DNA of 64,000 nt from the NCBI GenBank assembly GCA_002269645.1, contig NIVC01001832.1, forward strand, positions 62,001-126,000, in the 5' to 3' direction. Source of the stretch: Macrostomum lignano. Its lineage: Eukaryota. A program made the translations under genes and the position numbers. Of the stretch, positions 53,901 through 64,000 are shown one piece after another. Under the pieces are notes generated by a model that was not told the DNA's origin, ran no database searches, and was given only the letters and a program-made list of their open reading frames with translations. Numbering within the stretch: position 1 is the stretch's first letter; every line of letters starts with the position of its first letter.

Positions 53901-56900
53901 CGATAAATTTTGATTGGAAATCATATTTTAGCATTCCATATTTGGTAATTAAGCATAGGTTCGGCTGACTGAATCAATTTGTTCGATAATTACTGACGAT
54001 TAGGAAACATTAAAGATAGATAATTAATTTCTAGCATGTTGATTAGCATACGAAATAGACAACCATTAATCGAAATAAGAAAAGTTCATTTACTGCCTAC
54101 CCCATAAAGCCTTCGTAAAACATTACTGTTAATAAAGCGAAAAATTTGAAAAAAGACGAAATGGTTAAACACATAGAACAATACCCTCTCACTCTCATAA
54201 CACATCGCTCTCTCTTTTCTAACACCCCGCTCTCACTCTCAACACCCCGCTCTCATTCCTTTAACACCCCGCTCACTCTCATAACACCCCGCTCTCACTC
54301 CTTAAACACCCGCTCTCACTCTCATAACACCCCGCTCTCATTCCTTCAACACCCCGCTCTCAGTCTCATAACACCCCGCTCTCACTCTCATAACGCCCAG
54401 CTCTCACTCCTTCAACACCCCGCTCTCACTCTCATAACACCCCGCTCTCATTCCTTCAACACCCCGCTCTCATTCCTTCAACACCCCGCTCTCACTCCTT
54501 CAACACCCCGCTCTCGCTCCAATGACTCATAATCCCAAGTTCTGCGGAAAAAATCGATTCTCTGAAACCTAATAAAATCCTCACTCCATCGTCACGCAAA
54601 CAAGGCATCATCAAACTCAGGCATTGCAACTCACATAGAGAAGATTGCATCGGCTGCACTTTTAGCTGCTTTGCCAGCTGCCTGGGCGTATGGCGCGGCT
54701 GCATCGATGTACGGCCTAGCAGCCTGATAGGTGGCGTGAGCCTGCTGGGCCTGCTGAGCAGCCTGCTGAGCCTGTTGAGCAGTCTGCTGAGCCTGTTGCG
54801 CTTGCTGACCGAATGCGGAGAAATTACCGCTAGGTTTCCTGAGCGTAGTGAAATGCATTTTTGATGTACAGTCAGGGCTTCTTGGTACCGCTTTGAAGCG
54901 ATAAGTAAATTAGAAAGACGACAGCGTGGGTCAACAAGCTACCGTTTATAGCTGTGCAGATTAAACTCCAGCTCAAATTCGTTAGTTTAGTGGACGTTTG
55001 TTTAATAATGCTTTACTAAGACCTCTGCAGTCTTGCTTTAATAGTAAGTTCATTATAGACGTTTCCGGGTTTTTTCAAGCACGAATATTGTGTCGTTATT
55101 TACGTACTTTTTTATTGAAACGGGTATATAAACTTAAAATATGGTTTAATTTTCTTGTTGCATTTTTTTCTCCTAAAAGAACTATCAACTAAATAGCAGT
55201 TGCGAGTGTATCCATAGGCAGAAATAACATTCGAGAAGACGGGTTGAGTTATTTTCAGGAGATTCTTTGAGGATATCATCATCTCTGACAGAACTTTGAG
55301 GCATACAATTTGGATAAATAATATATTTATCCAAAATCCAAATATTATTGTATGCCTATTGTTTGTATGCCTAAACAATAGGCATACAATGGATTGAGGC
55401 ATTCTTGGGATTTTAAGACTGTCTATCAATTGTCAAATTTGAGTAATATGCAAATATGGAGTCTGCAGACTTAAGGATCATAAATCATAAATCCTAAGCA
55501 TGCATACAATCAGATTATATGAACAAGTTGAAGTTTTAAGAGTACAGAAGTTTACAATCTCATGCAGACATAACTTACAACTACATGCAAATGTTTTTTT
55601 TTCAAATATTTTCACACTACTAGACAATATTTAAAGACTAGAAGAACTACTGGATATTACAGGTCGAAGATTGAAAAAATCCAAAAACAATAATTGGTTG
55701 AACTTTCAACAAGTTTCTAGACACAACAGAACATGTACAGTGATGAGCGCATCCTCGCACTCTATCACCTGCCACTTGATAGCGTCCCGTACTTATAACA
55801 GGCACCGTCATTTGTTAAGCTGTGCAGTTTGTCGGGATGGTATGTTTGTGATGGTATAGTCGGGATGGTATAGCCAGGATGGTATAGTCATGATGGTATA
55901 TTTGGGATGGTATAGCCGGGATGGTATATTTGGGATGGTATAGTCATGATGGTATATTTGTGATGGTATAGTCGGGATGCTATAGCCGGGATGGTATAGT
56001 CGGGATGGTATAGTCGGGATGCTATAGCCGGGATGGTATAGTCGGGATGGTATAGTCGGGATGCTATAGCCGGGATGGTATAGTCGGGATGGTATAGTCG
56101 GGATGCTATAGCCGGGATGGTATAGTCGGGATGCTATAGCCGGGATGGTAACGTCTGGATAGCAAAGTCATCATGGCTAATATAGAAATTATAGCCAGTG
56201 AAATATTGATTGAGAGATTTGATAGTGGGTAGATTAGTATTTTTATTATTACTGAGCACACTGAGCTGCTAAATTGAAAACAATAGATATTGACCTAACA
56301 AAATGCGAAACAAAGTACTTATATAAATAGAAAACACACAGTCTGGCTCGAAATTCTCAGAATCTCAATACCAACTAAACGATTACAAAAATTAACACAA
56401 CAAAAGCATTACACGTAGAAAAAATAATTTAGATGGCATGAAATAAATACTTTATTAATTTCCGACATTTGGATTTTGATAACTGACTACTTACTCAGGC
56501 CCGGGTGACGAGGCGCGCCTGTTCGAGAATGTTTGAGCGCATTGGTGAGACGGAGTGCGGAGGCAAAACTATTCACTGCCAGGCTATTTATAATAGATTC
56601 TCATGGCAGACGGGGGAGATTAGATTCTCATGGCAGACGGGGGAGATTAGATTCTCATGGCAGATAGGGGAGACTCTAGACTCTCATTGCAGACAGGGGA
56701 GATTAGATTCTCATGGCAGACAGGGGAGATTAGATTCTCATGGCAGACAGGGGGAACTAGATTCTCATGGCAGACAGAGGAGATTAGATTCTTATGGCAG
56801 ATAGGGGAGACTAGATTCTCATGGCAGACAGGGGAGATTAGATTCTCATGGCAGACAGGGGGAACTAGATTCTCATGGCAGACGGGGGAGATTAGATTCT

Positions 56901-59900
56901 CATGGCAGACGGGGAGACTAGATTCTCATGGCAGACAGGGGAGACTAGATTCTCATGGCAGACAGGGCAGATTAGATTCTCATGGCAGACGGGGAGACTA
57001 GATTCTCATGGCAGACAGGGGAGATTAGATTCTCATGGCAGACAGGGGGAACTAGATTCTCATGGCAGACAGAGGAGATTAGATTCTTATGGCAGATAGG
57101 GGAGACTAGATTCTCATGGCAGACAGGGGAGATTAGATTCTCATGGCAGACAGGGGGAACTAGATTCTCATGGCAGACGGGGGAGATTAGATTCTCATGG
57201 CAGACGGGGGAGATTAGATTCTCATGGCAGACGGGGGAGATTAGATTCTCATGGCAGACGGGGGAGATTAGATTCTCATGGCAGACGGGGGAGATTAGAT
57301 TCTCATGGCAGACGGGGGAGATTAGATTCTCATGGCAGACGGGGGAGATTAGATTCTCATGGCAGACGGGGGAGATTAGATTCTCATGGCAGACGGGGGA
57401 GATTAGATTCTCATGGCAGATAGGGGAGACTCTAGACTCTCATTGCAGACAGGGGAGATTAGATTCTCATGGCAGACGGGGAGACTAGATTCTCATGGCA
57501 GACAGGGCAGATTAGATTCTTATGGCAGATAGGGGAGACTAGATTCTCATGGCAGACAGGGGAGATTAGATTCTCATGGCAGACAGGGGGAACTAGATTC
57601 TCATGGCAGATAGGGGAGATTAGATTCTTATGGCAGATAGGGGAGACTAGATTCTCATGGCAGACAGGGGAGACTAGATTCTCATGGCAGACAGGGGAGA
57701 CTAGATTCTCATGGCAGACAGGGGAGACTAGATTCTCATGGCAGACAGGGGAGACTAGATTCTCATGGCAGACAGGGGAGACTAGATTCTCATGGCAGAG
57801 AGGGATGCCCGCACCCGCTTTGGTACTCACTGCGGCACCATGGGAGGCGGCAGGCCGCCCGGCTGCTGTCCGCTAGGTGGCGGCGGTCCAGGTGGGCGAG
57901 CGAACCCGTGACCACCGCCAGGAACGGTGGGCGCGGGCCGTGACGGCGGTCCCTGCCGGCCGCCAGGCGGGGGCGGCGCGGGCCGCTGCTGCACGGGAGT
58001 TCGCCGGCCGTGCGCAGGTGACGGCGCCATGCCGCCTGGTCCGGAGTTCGTGCCGCCGCCGCCGCCGCCGGGCGGATTCGAAGGCGGATGTGAAGGCGGA
58101 TGCGGGGGCGGATGGTGATCGGGCTGGATCCAGTCGTCTCGAACAGGCGGCGGAGTCGGCGTGTAGCTGGTGCCGGCGGACACCTCGCTGAGGATCTTCA
58201 GGGCGTCCTTGGTGGCTTTATAGATGCGCAGTGTTTCCTCTCGCTTGGCGGCCTCTTCTGGCGACTCGTTCATGAGCTGGTTCTGATCGTAGCCGCCGTA
58301 CAGGCTGGCTAGCATTGACGTCTTGAGGAAGTCTTTGAGCTGCCGCGTGTGTAAAGATAAAATTGGAACCAGTATGGATTGAGTTGTTTAAAGATACAGT
58401 ATCAAGAAATCCTGTACACATTCCAAGACATCCTGTACACATTCCAAGACATCCTGTACACAATCCAAGATATCCGGCACACATTCCAAGATATTCAGCA
58501 CACATTCCAAGACAGACATCCTGTACACAATCCAAGATATCCTGTACACATTCCAAGACATCCTGTACACATTCCAAGACATCCTGTACACATTCCAAGA
58601 TATTCAGCACACATTCCAAGATATCCGGTACACATTCCAAGATATTCTGCACACATTCCAATACATCCTGTACACATTCCAAGATATCCTGTACACATTC
58701 CAAGACATCCTGTACACATTCCAAGACATCCTTTATACAATCCAAGACATCCTGTCCACATTCCAAGATATTCAGCACACATTCCAAGATCCTGTACACA
58801 TTCCAAGATATTCTGTACACATTCCAAGATATTCAGCACACATTCCAAGATATCCTGTACACATTCCAAGATCCTGTACACATTCCAAGATATCCTGTAG
58901 TACACATTCCAAGATATCCTGTACACATTCCAAGATATCCTGTACGCATTGCAAGATATCTAGAAACTGATGAATGAAGCACATAATCCAATTAATAGAT
59001 TCATCACAATGCTAACAAGTTACCTCGTTCACAATCAGGTGAATGACAGTCTTGGGCACAACGTCGCGCTGGGTCTTATCAACGATGCGCATGTAGGACT
59101 CCACCAGGTTGCGGATCGTTTCCACTTGGCGCTCCATCTGGGGATCAGTGCTACCGCTCGTGTCCTGCTCGAGCTGCGCAGGCGTGAAGTTCAATTAATA
59201 ATTATAGTAAATAGTAAATTTATAATGTTACTAACAGTTAAACGATTGGCAGATAGACAGCAAAGACAAAAAAGCTGAGGTAGTTGAATGATCGAATTCA
59301 TAGACATAATAGAAGGAGACACGGAGAGAATAATCCGTAAGAATATTACGGAGAGAAACGGAGAGAAGGAGAGGGAAGGAGGGAAGGAGAGGGAGGGAGA
59401 GGAGAGGGAGTTGAGAGAGAGAGGTAGAGAGAGAGAAGAGAGGTCACGGCGTGTTAAAAATTTAGTATGAGCGATATAGGCTGCCGGTTTTTGTCAGGCC
59501 AAGAGAGACAGAGAGAGAGAGACTAGAGAAGAAGAGAGGGGAGAGAATGAGAGGGTGAGAAGAGAGGGAGGGAGGGAGGGAGGGAGGAGAGGAGGGAGAG
59601 GGAGAGGAGAGAAGAGAGGGAGGGAGAAAAGATCAGAGAGGAGGGAGAAAAGATCAGAGAGGAGGGAGAAAAGATCAGAGAGGAGGGAGAAAAGATCAGA
59701 GAGGAGGGAGAAAAGATCAGAGAGGAGGGAGAAAAGATCAGAGAGGAGGGAGAAAAGATCAGAGAGGAGGTAGAAAAGATCATACAGGAGGAATGAGAGG
59801 ACAGTGGGCAGTGAGATGAAGAACCAGCTTAAAGGGAAGCTCACCTCCTCATTCTCCTTGGTCTCGCGTTCCGGATAGACCCCGGCGCGCAGAAATGAAG

Positions 59901-62716
59901 CCTTCCAGCTGTCCACCTCGTCGGCAGTCTCGGCTGCCAGCTCCAAATACTTGTAGTCCTTGTACGTGTTGCTGGAATGTGGAATTTTCAAGTGGAGTTT
60001 ATTTTGTTAAAAATGCGATATCAGCATCAGGTAGTTCGACATTTCTGCCAATCAGCGAACCCTCACCGGCCCTCGGAGTTGAACAGCACGAAGACGTTCT
60101 TCTTGCCGAATAGGCGGGACTCGCCGTCGCGAATCTTCAGGCCGCCTAGAGGAAGCATGTAGCGCTTCTCCCGCTCCTGGGAGTGGATTAGAATGCTTAG
60201 AAAATTATTTATCCTTAAGGTTGCATAATGGTTAGATTTTCGAATATACTGTAGATGACTGTCTAACAGACTGTGATAACTGTCTAACAGACTGTAGATA
60301 ACTGTCTAACAGACTGTAGATAACTGTCTAACAGACTGTCTGTAGATAACTGTCTAACAGACCGTAGATAACTGTCTAACAGACCGTAGATAACTGTCTA
60401 ACAGACTGTCTGTAGATAACTGTCTAACAGACTGTCTGTAGATAACTGTCTAACAGACTGTCTGTAGATAACTGTCTAAAAGACCGTAGATAACTGTCTA
60501 ACAGACCGTAGATAACTGTCTAAAAGACCGTAGATAACTGTCTAACAGACTGTAGATAACTGTCTAACAGACTGTAGATAACTGTCTAACAGACTGTAGA
60601 TAACTGTCTAACAGACTGTAGATAACTGTCTAACAGACTGTAGATAACTGTCTAACAGACTGTCTGTAGATAACTGTCTAACAGACCGTAGATAACTGTC
60701 GAACAGACCGTAGATAACTGTCTAACAGACTGTAGATAACTGTCGAACAGACCGTAGATAACTGTCTAACAGACCGTAGATAACTGTCTAACAGACCGTA
60801 GATAACTGTCTAACAGACTGTAGATAACTGTCTAACAGACTGTAGATAACTGTCTAACAGACTGTAGATAACTGTCTAACAGACTGTAGATAACTGTCTA
60901 ACAGACTGTAGATAACTGTCTAACAGTAGATAACAGTAGATAACTGTAGATAACAGTATGGAAGCAGTACGAATCTGACCCACCTCTTCATCCTTGAACC
61001 AACTAAGGCTTTCGGCTGTGAGCACAAACCACAACTCCTTTGAACCGCCGCGCATCATGGACACGTTGTTTAGGGTCAGATAGCCTTTGCGAATCACCTG
61101 GAGGAGTAATACGTTTGACACTGCGTAAGTGGTCTATACTGGATACCAAAACCGGTTTCTTAGTAGGTAACCCTTACCCCCTACCGCGTTACTTCAGTAG
61201 GTAATCTCTAACCTCTTCCCGGTTCTTCAGTAGGTAACCTCTACCCCCTACCCCGGTTCTTCAGTAGGTAACCTCTGCCCCCTACCCCGGTTCTTCAGTA
61301 GGTAATCTCTACCCTCCACCCCGGTTCTTCAGTAGGTAACCTCTGCCCCCTACCCCGGTTCTTCAGTAGGTAATCTCTACCCCCTACCCCGGTTCTTCAG
61401 TAGGTAACCTCTGCCCCCTACCCCGGTTCTTCAGTAGGTAATCTCTACCCCCTACCCCGGTTCTTCAGTAGGTAACCTCTGCCCCCTACCCCGGTTCTTC
61501 AGTAGGTAAGCTCTACCCCCTACCCCGGTTCTTCAGTAGGTAACCTCTACCCCCTACCCCGGTTCTTCAGTAGGTTACCTCTGCCCCCCTACCCCGGTTC
61601 TTCAGTAGGTAATCTCTACCCTCCACCCCGGTTCTTCAGTAGTTAGCCTCTACCCTCCACCCCGGTTCTTCAGTAGGTAACCTCTGCCCCCTACCCCGGT
61701 TCTTCAGTAGGTAAGCTCTACCCTCCACCCCGGTTCTTCAGTAGGTAACCTCTGCCCCCTACCCCGGTTCTTCAGTAGGTAAGCTCTACCCCCTACCCCG
61801 GTTCTTCAGTAGGTAACCTCTACCCCCTACCCCGGTTCTTCAGTAGGTTACCTCTGCCCCCCTACCCCGGTTCTTCAGTAGGTAATCTCTACCCTCCACC
61901 CCGGTTCTTCAGTAGTTAGCCTCTACCCTCCACCCCGGTTCTTCAGTAGGTAACCTCTGCCCCCTACCCCGGTTCTTCAGTAGGTAAGCTCTGCCCCCTA
62001 CCCCGGTTCTTCAGTAGGTAACCTCTGCCCCCTACCCCGGTTCTTCAGTAGGTAAGCTCTACCCTCCACCCCGGTTCTTCAGTAGGTAACCTCTGCCCTC
62101 CACCCTGGTTCTTCAGTAGGTAACCTCTGCCCCCTACCCCGGTTCTTCAGTAGGTAATCTCTACCCTCCACCCCGGTTCTTCAGTAGGTAACCTCTGCCC
62201 TCCACCCCGGTTCTTCAGTAGGTAATCTCTACCCTCCACCCCGGTTCTTCAGTAGGTAACCTCTGCCCCCTACCCCGGTTCTTCAGTAGGTAATCTCTAC
62301 CCTCCACCCCGGTTCTTCAGTAGGTAACCTCTGCCCCCTACCCCGGTTCTTCAGTAGGTAACCTCTACCCCCTACCCCGGTTCTTCAGTAGGTAACCTCT
62401 GCCCCCTACCCTGGTTCTTCAGTAGGTAATCTCTACCCTCCACCCCGGTTCTTCAGTAGGTAACCTCTGCCCCCTACCCCGGTTCTTCAGTAGGTAACCT
62501 TTGCCCCCTACCCTGGTTCTTCAGTAGGTAACCTTTGCCCCCTACCCTGGTTCTTCAGTAGGTAACCTCTGCCCCTACCCGGTTCTTCAGTAGGTAACCT
62601 CTGCCCCCTACCCCGGTTCTTCAGTGGTTGGTTAGCATCAAGCTTCTTTGATCACACAATTTGTTACCTGATTGCCCAACCGTTCCTTGCGAGACGTATC
62701 AGCGCCCTGTTGCGCA
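50931..62716 (-). CDS. dnm: Dynamin, 3' part (end of middle domain, PH, GED, PRD); exons 62668-62716, 60984-61097, 60067-60176, 59845-59971, 59024-59173, 57831-58339, [56495-56518], 51198-51245, 50931-51003; 5' exons lie beyond the window end
   Basis: GNQ|VIRKGYL...[25 protein letters not shown]|[10 protein letters not shown]...[58 protein letters not shown], a Pro-rich tail ending PQIPARP. All GT-AG junctions are frame-consistent. Confidence 0.95.
51198..51245 (-). CDS. dnm: 48-nt dynamin PRD exon ([16 protein letters not shown])
   Basis: atatttttgcag|G CAG TAT...CCA TC|gtgagt: phase 2/2; joins the last exon to give [11 protein letters not shown]. Confidence 0.8.
51495..52785 (+). repeat. 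G-rich ~17-bp minisatellite GAGTGAGGTGGCTG(GAT/TAG/GGG)
   Basis: Direct reading. Confidence 0.95.
54185..54518 (+). repeat. ~22-bp C-rich minisatellite AACACCCCGCTCTCACTCTCAT
   Basis: Direct reading. Confidence 0.9.
54631..54838 (-). CDS. dnm: Alternative terminal exon of dynamin (Q/A-rich tail [15 protein letters not shown]...AADAIFSM*)
   Basis: Acceptor ttcactacgctcag|G AAA CCT AGC in phase 2, in frame with the ...GTG CCG CA| donor at 57831; GC-rich coding-like island in an AT-rich intron. Confidence 0.7.
55838..56150 (+). repeat. 14-bp minisatellite CGGGATGGTATAGT
   Basis: Direct reading. Confidence 0.92.
56495..56518 (-). CDS. dnm: 24-nt candidate microexon of dynamin (RASSPGP)
   Basis: cattctcgaacag|G CGC GCC TCG TCA CCC GGG CCT GA|gtaagt: consensus donor, phase 2/2, no stop. 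Confidence 0.65.
   Translation of the reverse strand, partial: ARLVTRA
56598..57800 (+). repeat. 27-bp minisatellite GATTCTCATGGCAGACGGGGGAGATTA
   Basis: Direct reading; 9-aa periodicity in the spurious ORFs. Confidence 0.96.
58408..58945 (+). repeat. 21-bp minisatellite CCTGTACACATTCCAAGATAT
   Basis: Direct reading. Confidence 0.95.
59500..59790 (+). repeat. GA-rich repeat including a 21-bp unit GAGGGAGAAAAGATCAGAGAG
   Basis: Direct reading. Confidence 0.9.
60250..60958 (+). repeat. 22-bp minisatellite CTGTAGATAACTGTCTAACAGA
   Basis: Direct reading. Confidence 0.96.
61165..62625 (+). repeat. 34-bp minisatellite CCCCGGTTCTTCAGTAGGTAACCTCTGCCCCCTA, ~43 copies
   Basis: GGTTCT recurs at 61221, 61255, 61289 and onward. 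Confidence 0.97.
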
Positions 62717-63302
62717 CTGTAAATGAAAAAATAAGCAAAGACGAGAAATGACTTGCAATAATGCTACTAATTAGTAGTACTAATCGTTTCTACCAAGAAA
62801 CAGCAATTTTAAGAAATTCACGTAAAATTTAGCTTACTTTAACACCTTTAACGCATTACCTGCCCCAGTTTCAAACTCTAGAATAACTCTAGGTACAAAT
62901 TTAGCACAGAAAAAGATTAGCGCAATGATAATATCGCATTTTAACAAGGTCAGCGTGCAGGCTTTTATTAATTTAGCTGTTAGCCCAGAAATGTACCCCG
63001 CAAAATGTGAAACCTACAGCTTCTAATTAAATTAAATCTTATATAAATTAGGGTTAATCGGTACACTCGGTACCAAGCGTCTTTCGATTAATGATAATCT
63101 GTCAGCCTAATAAAATATGCGAAACATCTAGAAACTTTATTAAAGCACAATATTAAACTTTTAATTGTTAGTCTATAAGTACAAGCAAACCTAATGCAGG
63201 AAAAAAAGGGTGTCCATTTTTCTGAATGCAAACTCAAAGTATTAAAACTATGTTATCTTTACTCGCTTTGACTGTCTATAATAAAAGACAAATAAACTGC
63301 CA

Positions 63303-64000
63303 CCAATCTTGTCAGGTGGGTATTTGCAACTCTAACCCATCTTGTCAGGTGGGTATTTGAACTCTAACGCATCTTGTCAGGTGGGTATTTGCAACTCTAA
63401 CCATCTTGTCAGGTGGGTATTTGCAACTCTAACCCATCTTGTCAGGTGGGTATTTGCAACTCTAACCATCTTGTCAGGTGGGTATTTGCAACTCTAACCA
63501 TCTTGTCAGGTGGGTATTTGCAACTCTAACCCATCTTGTCAGGTGGGTATTTGCAACTCTAACCATCTTGTCAGGTGGGTATTTGCAACTCTAACCCATC
63601 TTGTCAGGTGGGTTTTGCAACTCTAACCCATCTTGTCAGGTGGGTATTTGCAACTCTAACGCATCTTGTCAGGTGGGTATTTGCAACTCTAACCATCTTG
63701 TCAGGTGGGTATTTGAACTCTAACCCATCTTGTCAGGTGGGTATTTGCAACTCTAACCCATTTTGTTAAGTGTATGTAGAGTCTAACATATTTTGTCAGG
63801 GGGTATCTAGAACTCTAACCCATCTTGTCAGGTGGGTATTTGCAACTCTAACGCATCTTGTCAGGTGGTATTTGCAACTCTAACCCATCTTGTCAGGTGG
63901 GTATTTGCAACTTTAACCCATCTTGTCAGGTGGGTATTTGCAACTCTAACCCATCTTGTCGGGTGGGTATTTGCAACTCTAACCCATCTTGTCAGGTGGG
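63303..64000 (+). repeat. ~33-bp minisatellite CCATCTTGTCAGGTGGGTATTTGCAACTCTAAC, running off the window end
   Basis: Direct reading. Confidence 0.96.

Noticed and set aside
55765-55820. Possible 51-nt phase-2 dynamin exon ([16 protein letters not shown])
   Set aside because: Weak donor (GTGATA), weak acceptor and an un-PRD-like peptide.
61165-62625. Regular 27-34 bp repeats superficially like CRISPR arrays
   Set aside because: Head-to-tail units with no unique spacers, eukaryotic intronic context, no cas genes.

Overview
Eukaryotic (metazoan) genomic DNA with GC-rich exons, AT-rich intergenic DNA and introns filled with mini/microsatellites. The style suggests a free-living flatworm such as Macrostomum, but this is inference only. 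There is one + strand gene: the last exon of a sex-peptide/MIP-receptor-like GPCR. Six genes lie on the - strand: dynamin (3' half), a DDX43-like DEAD-box helicase, RSRC2, ATP synthase beta, wntless and an R7-family RGS. The remainder is about 20 unrelated tandem arrays plus decayed or nested transposons (RTE-like LINEs, a mariner, hAT and P-like remnants, many MITEs with TSDs). Main observations: (1) the RSRC2 and DDX43 reading frames have no genomic start codon and begin in phase 0 at 3' splice sites, as expected if the AUG-ending flatworm spliced leader supplies Met1; (2) four frame-compatible C-terminal dynamin exons, including a 24-nt microexon and a Q/A-rich alternative last exon, are hidden among minisatellites; (3) the DDX43 KH domain is replaced by about 340 aa of FG/RGG repeats; (4) many introns are expanded almost entirely by their own private minisatellite; (5) one LINE has a twin-priming-type 5' inversion. 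All exon boundaries were read by eye from GT/AG sites and frame continuity; no database searches were run.
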